Assembly: GCF_037042905.1 (NCBI RefSeq)
Contig: NC_087251.1
Location: 20,586,001 to 20,650,000 of the forward strand
Direction of reading: 5' to 3'
Length of the DNA: 64,000 nt
Source: Lytechinus pictus
Taxonomy: Eukaryota
This document shows positions 40,048-52,554 of this stretch, piece after piece. The notes below the pieces were generated by a model. It saw only the letters and a list, made by a program, of their open reading frames with translations, did no database searches and was not told the origin of the DNA. A program made the translations under genes and the position numbers. Position 1 is the stretch's first letter. Each line of letters starts with the position of its first letter.

Positions 40048-41051
40048 AATGATAATAATATCATTATTACTAAAAACAAATTAATGGGTCATAGCCAGAT
40101 TATAATGTTTAAGGGACCACATACATATTGACGGGTCTAGGAAATTGAAAGGGGGTGCAACCTGCGAGTGAGGGAGGAGGTGTCCTTAATTATGGGTGTA
40201 AATAAGAGGGAGTATATTCTTTCAAAAGTCTTGCGTAATCATTAAGATTGCGCAAGCTGCAATATACTGACCCGAAAACTGGAAATTTTAAGCTCATGAT
40301 ACTGAACAGAATGAAAATCATTAAAATAGACTACTCCGCTTATTTGATTCATAATTTGACTTAAATTGGTACAAACATTATTGTTTTTTGTAAAAATTTA
40401 TTATTTCTCATATGCAAACTCGTTTTCGTCTTAGTTATTCCAATTTCATTTAACAGTCATATTGCTTATATTATGTGGAAAATATAGAAATTCCAACTTC
40501 AAACGTCAAACATGAAATAAACCGTAATTCAACATTCTAATTGAGGCGCAGTATCACACAGTGTGTTTACATCGTGGACTATAATTATGATGATGCCATG
40601 CACGCTTTTAAAATGCTCAACATTTAACAGTTGGAACAGAATTTTACACTAACACCAAAACAGTATGAGTGTTCACAGTGCCTATACGTGAAATGTGATT
40701 TACCCTGTAAGGGCCGTAGCCAGGAGTTCTTGTGAGGGGGGGGGGGGGTCTGAATTAGAAGAAGTGAACCTTTTTCCCGATACACATTCTGACTGGCAAA
40801 TACCAAGAAAACTCAATGGGGGCCTCTGGGGAGGGGGGATTATTGGAAACCTTGGAACTTTCCATCCACCAAGCTAAAATGAAAGACTTGATTCCTTCTT
40901 TTTTTTTCTATACATTTTTTTCTGTTGGCGAGCGTCGGGGTTCCGCGGAATCCAGGGAACCCCATGGCTGCGGTCCTGTCTTACATTGTGTTACATATAC
41001 CATACGGTACATTGGGTCAACTTCGCTAATTTCGGACCAATACTTAATTAA

Positions 41052-42557
41052 AGGTCAAGTCTACCCGATAAAAATGTTGATTTGAAGAAAAAGAGAACTG
41101 AAAATTAAAAAAGCATATCACTAAAAATGTCATCAAAATTGGATGTAAAATAAGAAAGTTATGACATTTTAAAGTTTCGCTTATTTTTCAAAATTACTGT
41201 GTATGCACAACTCAGTGACGTGCAAATGAGTGATTCGCTGATATCCTTCACCCACTATTTCTTTTGTTTTTATTGTTTGAATCATACAATATTTAGATTT
41301 TTACAGATTTTACAATAAGGAACCTCTCTTACAACCACAAAATATTAAAACAATGATAATTACACATGTTCAGGGAGGAATAAAACTTTGTTTCACATGA
41401 CTACGCGGAGAACATTAGAATGTTTCATATTCCATGTAATGAAATACAAAAAAAAATGCTGAGTGGATGATGTCATCAGTCTCTCTATTTGCATACTGAC
41501 CAGGATGTGAATATATTCTATTACGTGAAATTTTACTTCCGATTTTGATGATTTTTTTTTTATTTTTTTTTTTATTTGTATGTTCTCATTTACATCGTCA
41601 CTGTATATTGAACAAAAATAAAAACAACAGCATGATATACATTAGAATTCAACTTAAAAATTGACAACATTATATAAATATAGCAAGAAATTTTTTTAGA
41701 TACATGTTCAATAGTAAGCGAACATAATGCCTAAATTGACCTTTCAATCTTTGTTTTACAATTTTTCCAAAAAATACTTTTCTTTATATATATTTGCTCT
41801 CCATTTTATTTCTTCTAAGAATATTTCAAATATTTCTTTAAAATTTGATTTTCTTTTTTGTTGCAAAATTGTATAAGAAGCTAAATTGATTAATACATTT
41901 AAGAAAGATATAACGTTGTGTCTATTACCACCATGTCTACCAATCACAATGTCTTTATAACTTATATCCACATTTTTAATATTCAGATTAATGGTAACAC
42001 AAAAGTTACTGAATTTTAACCAAAAGAGTCTAGAATAATGGCAATCATAAAATAAGTGATAATAGTTGTCAATAGTTTTACATTTAAAACAGAGTGGAGA
42101 TTCTGCCAATTTAAATCGAAACAAATATTCATTTGACATCAAAAGTTTATACAAAAATTTAAAGTTGAATTCAGCTAAACGAAATTCTTCAATGAAAGTA
42201 ACTTTTTCTTTCCAGATATTGTTCCAAATCAAATTTTCTTTGAATAAAGTGACCAATATTGTTCAACATTTGGGGTTATAAACTTTTTATCCACAAGAAA
42301 ATTGTATAATCTTTTAGAAAGTTTAACAGATTTTTACTTTGTTTTATATGTAAAACAGGATCATGGTCCTTCAATTGAAAGTAGCTAACAATTGAATGAT
42401 TTGGGCAATGTTCGATGTGAATCGAAATTAATTTGGAGTTGTATACCAGAAAAATGGAAAAACATTTTGGTTAATGATTTTGATGAAATTTTCTGTGTCG
42501 TGCTTGTTTGATTTTTCTCTCTTTATTCAAGCCAATTTTTCGAGGTGGACTTGTCCT
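41052..42557. mobile_element. Kolobok-like MITE interrupted by a Tx1-like LINE
   Basis: TTAA|AGGTCAAGTCTACCC...GGTGGACTTGTCCT|TTAA. Confidence 0.8.
41552..42475 (-). mobile_element. 5'-truncated Tx1/L1-clade LINE fragment with poly(A), TSD and 5' inversion
   Basis: ORF 41756..42256(-) with the zf-RVT-type motif SPLCFKCKTIDNYYHLFYDCHYSRLFW; poly-T from 41552; 11-bp TSD GATTTTGATGA (41541-41551, 42476-42486). Confidence 0.85.
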
Positions 42558-42959
42558 TTAAAGAACGAAGTCTGAATCAAACGACAGTTGGAGGTTTGAT
42601 ATGTTTGTTCTTTTCAGTTTCGGACAGGCGAATCAATAGCAAAATAATCTGAAATAAGGTTTAAGGAAAATTAAAATCTACATTTTGACCAGAAGTAAAT
42701 GATACTGAATTACACGTTTTGTATGTCTGATATAGATTGCCGTAAGTTTAATCATGGATCCTACTAGAACATGGTTTAATCGAACGATTCTGATGTAAAA
42801 ATTAATACTTCTTCGCGGCTAGAAATAATGAAAATGAAATCTATTTTTGTGCGACACTTTGGGCATAGACATGGTTATTTCCCACGACCTCAACAAAACA
42901 TCAAGATCAGATATCATGATTAGACTGTACCTCAATCATTTCTTTTTGTACACCGCCCC

Positions 42960-42960
42960 C

Positions 42961-43001
<41 letters not shown>

Positions 43002-43012
43002 TCTCTCTCTCT
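42960..43012. repeat. (CT)n microsatellite
   Basis: Directly visible. Confidence 0.95.
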
Positions 43013-43338
43013 TCTCTTCGTTTTCTTCTCTCTCATCTCTTCCTCCCCCTCCTCCGTGCACCCTCTCTTTCCCATTGTAACTATATTTCTTCGAGTCTCA
43101 TTTTAAAAGTTGTTCAAAATAATCTACTATTCTGTCCTCAGTGGAACATTTCGTGAAATGACTTGTTTCACGTTTTATTCGACAGTAACCATAGTAACAG
43201 TGCTTCTCAGCCAATCAAAATCAAGGAAAGTTGTCAGATCCGACAACTTGTCAGACAAAATGTTGATGAATTGCTCCCTTTGCACTTCTGTTGCGTACAT
43301 CTGTCGTGTCTTTTTTGTCAGTCAACATGGCATTTTGA

Positions 43339-43552
43339 AGGTTTCCATGACAATTCCTCTGGAGACAATTGCTCCTCTCTCTAAATTCCACACACTAATC
43401 GAATGACCAACTTCAACCCTTATAGATTTAACACTATACACCACCCTAAACCTAACCCAAACCTAACATAATACCATATTGCAACCCTAACCCTACATCT
43501 TAGACGAAATTAAGCCCGGAGCAATTGTCGCAGGAGCAAATGTCGTGTCACC
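43339..43552. mobile_element. TIR MITE containing telomere-like CCTAAC repeats
   Basis: GACAATTCCTCTGGAGACAATTGCTCC / GGAGCAATTGTCGCAGGAGCAAATGTC inverted ends around CCCTAAACCTAACCC..CCCTAACCCTA. Confidence 0.55.
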
Positions 43553-45669
43553 CTGGGGGTAGGTTGATATCTAGGCGGTGCTGTGTATGTATACATACAT
43601 GTAGGCAGCACCCATGGAAATCAGTTGGTATGCCAAAAAAGTAGAAATTTGACCAAAATCGCCTTTATTTTTTGAAGGAAAACTTTTTTCTTACGCGTGT
43701 CAATTTTTTATACTGAGTTTACCTTCATTTTTGTAGTGACAACCTTTTATTCTCATTTCCAGGATTAGTTTTTTGCTTGTTAAATTTGGAAAAAAAAGTA
43801 TTCTTGTAAACGGGACAACATGGCAAGTAAATGTTTTACATTTTCTTAATGCACGAGGTCACCTGACCTTGCACACTGGAATGGAAAATCGCCTATTTTA
43901 TATAAACAAGGTTATACATATCACATAATTATTTGTTTGGGATAGCCGCAGTATTAATCTTCGATATAGCAATCTTTGAAACAGATATTACATCCATATA
44001 AGATGCCATGGCGATACAGGAAAAGTGCGATGTCACGCTTTTGCCTTTGTCAAAGTTATAAGCAATCATTCATGACCAAATATCAATTCTTTTAATTACT
44101 CCACGAATTTAATCCTATTGTTTTCAGGATATTTTCCATATATTATTGTTTTATGTAGTGACATTATATTGTGCTTCTTTTTATGACTACTTAAAGTGAT
44201 TGCCCTTTTTAATGTCTGAATATATAACATTTCCAGTCCGTACTTACGTTCGCATTAGTGGATTGGTGAGATACGTTTGCTCTTCATTAATTCCTAAAAC
44301 AGTTCTTAAAATGTCCCTTTTTCTAGTCTGATATCCAAAAAAAATCAGCTCGCTTTTTGCACTTCGCACTCGCATCAATTGGTTAGTGAAATACGTATGG
44401 TCTTAGTGAATTCCTACAAACCTTTATTAGAATATCTTTTCAGGTCTGAATTTCAAAAAATTTCAGCTCGCGCTCGCAATATTTGATTAGTGAGATATGT
44501 ATCATAGATGATTACTACAACGACTTCAAAAAGTGCTTCATGCGTTTAGGCGTAATTATATTAAACAAAATAAGCAAGTGCTTGGCTCTCGCATTTCATG
44601 ACTATGGTGAGATATGCATGCTCTTCATGAATGTATAAAAAATAGTTCTTAAATTGTCCCTGTTTGGGGTCAAAATATACAAAAATTTCAGCTCGCGCTT
44701 CGCGCTCACATTAGTTGATCAGTGAGATACAGCACAGTTCTAAAATTTCTCTATTAGGTCTATATACCTGGCAATTGAAAAAAACACACCTACGAGAACA
44801 GAAGCAACAAAGGTAATTCAAGCAACTGAAACACAGAAATTATTATATTGTGGACTTTTATGTGAGGGGGGCCGATTCAATTAGATAGCAATGTATTGTA
44901 TTAATTGTTTGTTTGTTTGTCGCCATGTGCTTTAAACACTCTATCCTATCATTTCTTTTTCATTAATACAATCAGGGGGTTTACGACACAAAATAGATAA
45001 TTGTTTAACCATGCCCGCGTGTTGGTTATTGAAAGGCATGATGGCATAAAGAAAAGAAAATGTATTGATTAATTCCAAGTTACATGTATTGCCCATTCTG
45101 CCTATTCCGCCTAAACCTGGATAGGAAAAAAGATATAGGTTGGCTCAGATACGCACGGAATCCTATGGATTTTGTCTCGCTATTTATCAGATCCTTGCTT
45201 GGGTCCTGATTGTTCAGAGACTCGCCAAATAAAGTCTTCTAGAATATTGCTTGGATACTCCATAGCGCCCAACCAGCGTCTTTCCCCTGCTTCTGTCTTT
45301 CTCTATACATCGTGCCATCGTGCAGATATCCCCATCTAGCTCCTGCCATACAATATTGCGAATAAGAAACACTGTGAACCTGTAAAGAGAGGAGGGGAAA
45401 TTGTATCGATCATCGACTCAGCAAACGAAATCAAGAGCAAAACAAATACTACTTCGCCAACATCCCCAGACAGAAATACCGGGTAAATGATAAACAATAT
45501 TGGTCAACAATGTCAGTTGAGGCCTCTTCCCACTATCAAATTCCCGGATCGAATTGCTCAAATCGACCCACCATAAAGAGTTATAACTATGGTAACTTTG
45601 TCATTGTGTCATTGACATACAAAATATTTTTGCATAAAGTTGGTGACTGACGTGCCCAATTTAATGTAT

Positions 45670-45998
45670 CAGTGGCGGATCCAAGGGGGGGGGGGCACAG
45701 CCGGCCCGTGTACCCCCCTTTTGAGAGCCATAATAAAAATTTGAGACGTAAAATACCGATTTTACCTAAGTGTGCCCCCCCCCCCCCTTTGAACGTGAGA
45801 ACCTTTTTTTGGCTTGACGAAATGACCTCAAATTTGAGGTGAAACCCTTTTTTCTTTTTTTCTTTTTTTTGCTTGTCAAATTTTCCGCGGACGAAATGAC
45901 CTACGATTTTAGGTGAAAACCTTTTTTACTTTTTTGCTTATCAAATTTTCATCGGGAAAATGTGCCCCCCCCCCTGGAAAATCCTGGATCCGCCCCTG
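45670..45998. mobile_element. hAT-type MITE
   Basis: CAGTGGCGGATCCA...TGGATCCGCCCCTG; 8-bp TSD TAATGTAT. Confidence 0.85.
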
Positions 45999-46158
45999 TA
46001 ATGTATAACAAGTCATGATCAACATTTTTCTAATAATATATTTAGTTCGTATTACTATCAGTATATCTATTCATTCAATTTTATTTACACGTTCATGAAC
46101 CAAGATATATATATAATTTGATTGACTGTTTCATTTCCCCTCCCCTGTATCAATGCAG

Positions 46159-46324
46159 GCTCTGTCCTTCAGTTCTCCTGTATCTACTATCTGTGGTCCC
46201 AAGTCTCTGGCTCCTCCAGTTTGATCTCTACAACACAAGGATAGATTACAGAGATGAACAGGGATGGGAGGAATGTTCGGCGGACACAGTCTACAATTCA
46301 TCATCACTTGAAGCAGTACAAGGG
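46159..46324 (+). CDS. TMEM26: TMEM26 homologue, coding exon 2
   Basis: CAG acceptor ending 46158 completes the TG|G Trp codon; (W)LCPSVLLYLLSVVPSLWLLQ resembles TMEM26 [27 protein letters not shown] donor at 46325. Confidence 0.9.
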
Positions 46325-46794
46325 GTAAGTCTTGTCTGTTTGAATAAGCTATGCTGTACTATTTTTTCGCTGGACAAATAAAAGAAAAATCCATCTTAAT
46401 TGTTACCTGTTATTAATATTATTAAAAAAACGGATTGGCCAGATTCTCTATGATAATGGACACTGAACATAACCATGTTTCAGTGCCTTCTTATACTAAG
46501 AGTTTTCATGGTTTTGCAAATAATGTTTTAGTTGTGAACATCTGATATTATATCTGTTTCTCTGACAAAGCAGAGGGTATCAACCATACTGTGACCAGCT
46601 CTACGCGACAAGATTATTTGCCATCCTTTTTATTCTGGTAGGGTTCAGACCTTTCAGAACCATCTTTCACCGAAACCTCGTTTAGCCACATTTTAAGGTC
46701 CACTTTATACCAATATCTAATACTCCGCGTAGCTATTGGGTAGAATCGGAATGTGAAGATGTTTTTTCCCGAACTATGATATACTTAAGGTCTA

Positions 46795-47552
46795 GTGGGT
46801 GTTTCATAAAGATGTTCGTAAGTTAAAGGGATGGTCCAGGCTGGATACATTTATATCTCGATAAATACAGTAAAATTCACAAAGCAAAATAAGGAAGTTA
46901 TTGAATTTTAAAGTTTTGCATTATTCCGGTGAAACGGTTCTAGGCATGTCTTCATGAATATTCATTAGGTGGACTTATGATGTCATATCTCCACTTGTTC
47001 TTTTGTATTTTATTATATGAGATCAGGTTTATTAAAAAAAATTCTACCAAGAACTAAAACAATTGGATTGACAACTGATTAAGTGCATTAGTTATTTCTT
47101 GCCGCAACTTATATCATCATAATGGAGACACATAATTTACACTTGTATGAAAAAATGAAACAATTATTATTTCATGTAATAACATAAGAAAAGGGAAAGT
47201 GGAGATGTGACATCATCACCCCACCTAATGAATATTCATGACGATGTGCATATAACTGTTTTCACAAAATATTGATAAACTTTAAAATTCAATAACTTTG
47301 TTATTTTTTATCCGATTTTGATGAAATTTTAAGCATTTTGCTTTGTGAATTTTACTCTATTTATTGAGATATAAATATTTTCAGCCCGGAACATCCCTTT
47401 AAGAGTGACTTTAAGAACGACTGGCGAACCTTTCTTAAGGCTAAATAATCATCAATTAATCTTTAATGGTGAATATCATTCACCACAACAAAAGATCACC
47501 AGTCGTTCTTAAAGTCGCTCTTAACTTACGAACAGCTTTATGAAACACCCAC
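46795..47552. mobile_element. Harbinger-like palindromic MITE (split by 46827-47398)
   Basis: GTGGGTGTTTCATAAAG...CTTTATGAAACACCCAC; arms re-join across the TTAA insertion. Confidence 0.75.
46827..47398. mobile_element. Kolobok-like MITE nested in a Harbinger-like MITE
   Basis: TTAA|AGGGATGGTCCAGGCTG...CAGCCCGGAACATCCCT|TTAA. Confidence 0.82.
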
Positions 47553-47804
47553 CAGATCCCAGCAACTTTGTGCCATTTGTCGTCACACGCATTATTTGTC
47601 CCATATTTTCACGAATATCTCTGTAAAAATTTATCCCCAGTTGCAAAATACCTACGTCAGGTTTCCTATACTGTTGTCAAACAGAGTCTTTTGATTTATA
47701 TCCGAAAAACACGGTCATTGTTAAGTAGTTTATGATTTAAAGATTCTGAACATCTTGTCTCTTACACTTTAACTGTATCCGTTTGTGTTTTATGTTGTTT
47801 CCAG

Positions 47805-48449
47805 GTCACCATCCCCGTGGAATTTTCATCGGTTGAATGGGAGCTCATCCTTCAACAGACTCTTTTGTGTTTGCTTATCCTCGGCCGATGGCTCCTTCCT
47901 AAAGGCGACCTTACCCGTGACCAACTTTCCCAGCTTCTCCTAGTCTACATCGGTATGGCTGCTGATATCTTGGAATTCAACCTTGAAAGCCTCAAAGACG
48001 AGAAGGTATTCTGCGATGTCATCCTTATCGTCCTCATCCTCGGCATCTGGAGCTGGAGCTTGGTGCAGTTCTGTCTCGTGTTGACGTCGGTGGCCGGGAA
48101 GCGACGTCGTGTCGTTCTTCAGGATGGCAGCAATAGCTGCTCTGCCGAGTGTTGTTCTTGCTGTTTATGCTGCCGGAATGAAATGTGGTCCATGATGGTC
48201 ACCCTGATCATGCAAGACGGTCCGTTCCTGGCCATGCGGCTCTACCTGATGATAAAAGTCAAGATCTTCAGTATTATGATGGTTTTCTTCACATGTAAAA
48301 ACATCCTCGTCATCCTGCTCCAGTTGTATCGCATGATCATCCTCTGTGGACAGAATGAGGTAGAACCAGAAGAAAATGAGGAAGGTAAACCTGACGAAAA
48401 CAAGAACAGCGCGGCCCCACCAGATGCTGTTGTAGTTGTGAGTTCTTGA
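47805..48449 (+). CDS. TMEM26: TMEM26 homologue, coding exon 3 (terminal)
   Basis: TTTCCAG acceptor ending 47804; LILGRWLLPKGDLTRDQLSQLLLVYIGMAADILEF, WSWSLVQF, QDGPFLAMRL and FFTCKNILVILLQLYR are characteristic TMEM26-family motifs; TGA at 48447-48449. Confidence 0.93.
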   Translation, partial: VTIPVEFSSVEWELILQQTLLCLLILGRWLLPKGDLTRDQLSQLLLVYIGMAADILEFNLESLKDEKVFCDVILIVLILGIWSWSLVQFCLVLTSVAGKRRRVVLQDGSNSCSAECCSCCLCCRNEMWSMMVTLIMQDGPFLAMRLYLMIKVKIFSIMMVFFTCKNILVILLQLYRMIILCGQNEVEPEENEEGKPDENKNSAAPPDAVVVVSS

Positions 48450-51261
48450 TAGGCCGATAAATCCAAGGTGTCCTTGGGATTTGACTCACAAACAATGTAT
48501 GATTCATGCGAGTTACAAATTGATATGTAAGAACAATGATTTGAGATACAATTTCGAGGAAACTTAATTTATGATCAGAACGATCACTCTTAAATCTCGA
48601 AGACTCAACAAGGAGAAGAAGGCCAAGACATTGAAAGATTTAAAGCGATTCATCAATATCATGTATTTATGTATAATGTTATCTTCTCCCTCTGTTTCTT
48701 TCTTTCTTTCCAATTATTTTCAACGATATCTTATCTATGAATTTGATTTCATTTTGTTTACACTTGTTTTTATACTGTATCATACAAATACTCTGCTTCA
48801 TCTTAATTTGAGAATTTTGGCTAATATTTGTAGAAAAACTTTTATGAAATAATAACTTTTGAAATCATTTCGAAAATACAATACAGTGGTGGATCGATGT
48901 TACCCCCCCCCCCCCCACCCCCCAGCTTTCCTCGTCCATTAGAAAGCGAATACCATTTCTTCATCCAGTAGGCGATGAGCACCAATTTTGTTCTGTCACC
49001 TTGCATTTTATGTCTTTTTTAAGACTTGTAAATCAAAATAGCGCACTTTTTATATATGTATATATTTTGATTGAGATTGTCATGAAGAGAGTTATATGTT
49101 AATGTGCCTTATAAATACTTGAATATACGTTGAATCTTGATGTCACGACATATTTATTCCGTTTTCGCCTTACCAATCTGTCGTTCTGTTTAAAAAAAAT
49201 TGAAGATATTGCGTTATTATGAATAGAAAATAAGTTTCAAATATTGAGGTGAAATAAGAGCAAAGTTTTGTTATTTTGTTTTCGATATTCATGCCTGTTA
49301 AAATGTGACAGGAACGTAGACAGATTTCAGCTTGTACATTTTTTATGACTCTGCCCATGATAGTGTAACATTTACCCATCTCATTTTCGTTCTCGCGTTT
49401 TACAAAAGAACAGTTTGGCAGATCAACTTCAAGTTTGGGTCTCAGTCTCTCAGATCAAGGGCTGAAAAAACGATTTTAAAAGTAGGTGTTTGAAAATGTA
49501 AGAATTTGAATTAAGATGGCGATTTTCATATTTTTGTATATGTAACTGAAAACTAGTGGAGGCTAAAATGCCCTGCAGCCCCCTCTCCCGCAGCATCTGG
49601 GTCATCATGTATGTATAGTACTGTATAATGGCGATCTGATTACCTTCGATCTGACAGTCTAATTACATTATGATCACTTTTGAAAATTTTAGAAATTAAG
49701 TGATGACACATTACCTTAGATAAACCGATTGCGGAGGGCGGAGGCATAAATTTTGATTGTTCGCAGTCGAGAATCCATCTAGTTAATTTTGTTTTGTAAC
49801 CCTATGTTGGTATTCTAATTACTTCAGTGTGTGATCAACCCCTGAATATACTTCAATGATATTATACACGAGGACAAAATGTGACAAGGAGATATCTATG
49901 TTGGTTTTATTGTGCCTTTGTTGTCTTGCCTTGCGCTTATTTTGTTTTGATAGTCACATTAGTTGGGAGCTGGCTATAAAACATACCCTATATCGGAAGC
50001 CTTTATTGATTTATATTTAAATTAGTTTTATCTATGAACAAAAAATCCTTCAGTATTGTCACTAACACCGGATTCGACTTTGTATTTATCTTTGATGGTA
50101 TTCTCTTTTTTCACCAAAGTGTTGTGTTATTTTCACCTTGAAAATGAAGCTTATTTATAAATTAAAGGACTCAAAATATTTGTATGGATTATAAGTATTA
50201 TGTATAATTGTTCGTATTAATATTAATGATTATGCGAGGAAGTGTCGGCAAAGAGGAAATGAGCGAGTAATTTTTCGGGGAGAAAAAGATAATTGAAAGA
50301 GAGGTGGGTATATAAAAGGTATATACAGACAGGGAAAGAAGAGAGAGAGGGGAGGGGGTCAAATTGGCCATGAGAAGAAAAGGAATAGAAGGATGTGAAC
50401 GATTAAGGGAGTGATTCGGATCGGTTTTAGTACTGACGTTGGGGTTGGAATCACAATGCAGAATTACCTCCCCCCTCCCCCAGCTCTATAACATCACCTA
50501 ATTTGCGGGGTATAAAAAGAAGCAATGCTTGTTAAGACACTGACCCCCGGGCACTGACCCCTGGTATAAGAAAATTGTAAAAGTATCTATATAATTCACA
50601 TGCAAAAATTGATGCATAATAATAAAGGGGATTATTATATCTCTAGAAAACACTTTGATTACAATATGCAGATGTCCATTAATAATATACTTGTTAGCAA
50701 TTTTAAAAATAAAATACACTCTAAAAAATATAAGGTAAAAATTCTCCATGAGGGTAATTATGATGACCAACCAATTGGGCATTTTGGGGGCATTTTTATT
50801 TATCCAGTGTAATGAAAATTTTGCCAATTCTAAAGTAATTGCTGCTTATTTTTAACCGTACTGGACAATATGCTTCCCGCATTGGGTAAAATCCTGCCAA
50901 AAATTGGTTGGACACATATTACCCTCTTGCTGGTTAAAAGTTTACCCATATATATTTACAGTGTGATAAGAGGAAAAAAATTGAACTGGGAAGGACAAAA
51001 GATGAAGTTCAGAATTATTTATTATTTTCAGGTGAGTTACCAAAAATGATGATCAACTTTAAAGATTCTTTGTTGGACCGCGTGGTGGGTTCATTGCAGT
51101 AAGGGTTGGTGCATCGAATTCATAGGACAATGTAATATTGTAGGATGGGGTACACACTAATCCGGATTCAAGAAAACTGCTACAATTAAATACGCTGATT
51201 GTAAAAAAAATCCCCTAAGGGCCATAATGTCACATAATGACACAAATGTTATCCGATGTTA

Positions 51262-51525
51262 AGGCCTGGTCCCACTGGCCGACGGACACAAAACGTATTC
51301 ATAATGGATACAACGGACAAGCAATATTTTGGGGAGGCTCCATCCGTTTTCATCTGCTCCAGACAATGGAGAAAAAATGGCGATTCTCGATGGATATTGA
51401 GCGTATGAAGCACGTATTCAAAGAGTACACAACGGATACATAACGTTAAACGTTTTCCAACGGATGGCAAGTTCTTTTCGGTGTTACATTTTCTCTGCAT
51501 CCGTAAGTCCAGTGGGACCAAGCCT
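51262..51525. mobile_element. Harbinger-like MITE
   Basis: TTA|AGGCCTGGTCCCACTGG...CCAGTGGGACCAAGCCT|TTA. Confidence 0.78.
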
Positions 51526-51952
51526 TTATTGCTTAGGGGCCAAGATTTCGTTTTTATTTTTTTTAATTTTTTTTTGGGGGGGGGGGTAAAAAGGTTATCG
51601 TTTGCAACTTTTGAAAAAATTATCAAAATAGAAGGGGGCCATCCGGATCCAATGGCAGGGGCACATGTCATTTTATTTTACATTACCAATATTAGAGGAT
51701 CATCCATGGGCTATTTTTATTTTTAATATAGGTTTTCCCTTCCAATTTCATATACGAGTCACTTAAATTTATTAATAAGCATTTGAATACGTTTTCCCGG
51801 AGACATCGGTCATTCAAATTTTAAAATCAGACAATGGGATTCATTTAAAGATACTATATCATTTATAATTATTCCAATAAATTTATGATTTGATCCATAA
51901 TGGTTAGTCGCGTGCATTTCAGTGTCCGAAATGGTTGAATAAAACACTTTAA

Positions 51953-52554
51953 AGGGATGGCGCAGGCTGGAGATATTTTTATCTCAATAATTAGAGTAAA
52001 ATTCACAAAGCAAAATGCTGAAAATTTGATCAAAATCGGATAACAAATGACGAATTTATTGAATTTTACATTTTTTCCGGTGAAACAGTTCTAGGCATGT
52101 CTTTATGAATATTCATTAGGTGAGCTGATGATGTCATATCCCCACTTCTTCTTTTGTATTTTATTGTATGAAATTAGATTTTTCTACCAAGAACTAAAAC
52201 AATTAATTGGATTGATAACTGATTGTGCATTAGTTATTTATTGCCGCAACCTATTTCATCATAACGGAGACACATCATTTACACATATATGAAAAAAATG
52301 AAACATTTATAAATTTCATGTAATAACATAAAAAAAAGGAAAGTGGGGATGTGACATCATCAGCCCACCAAATGAATATTCATGATGATGTGCAGATAAC
52401 TATTTTCACAAAATATTGATAAACTTTAAAATTCAGTAACTTTGTTGTAAATTTCACAGAGCAAAATCCGATTTTGATGAAATTTTCAGCATTTTGCTGT
52501 GTGAATTTTACTGTATTTGTTCAAATGCAAATATTTTCAACCCGGACCATCCAT
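51953..52554. mobile_element. Kolobok-like MITE, same family as 46827-47398
   Basis: TTAA|AGGGATGGCGCAGGCTG...CCCGGACCATCCAT|TTAA; internal sequence closely similar to 46827-47398. Confidence 0.82.

Noticed and set aside
43440..43500. Interstitial telomere
   Set aside because: Only a few degenerate CCCTAA units, enclosed by MITE inverted repeats.
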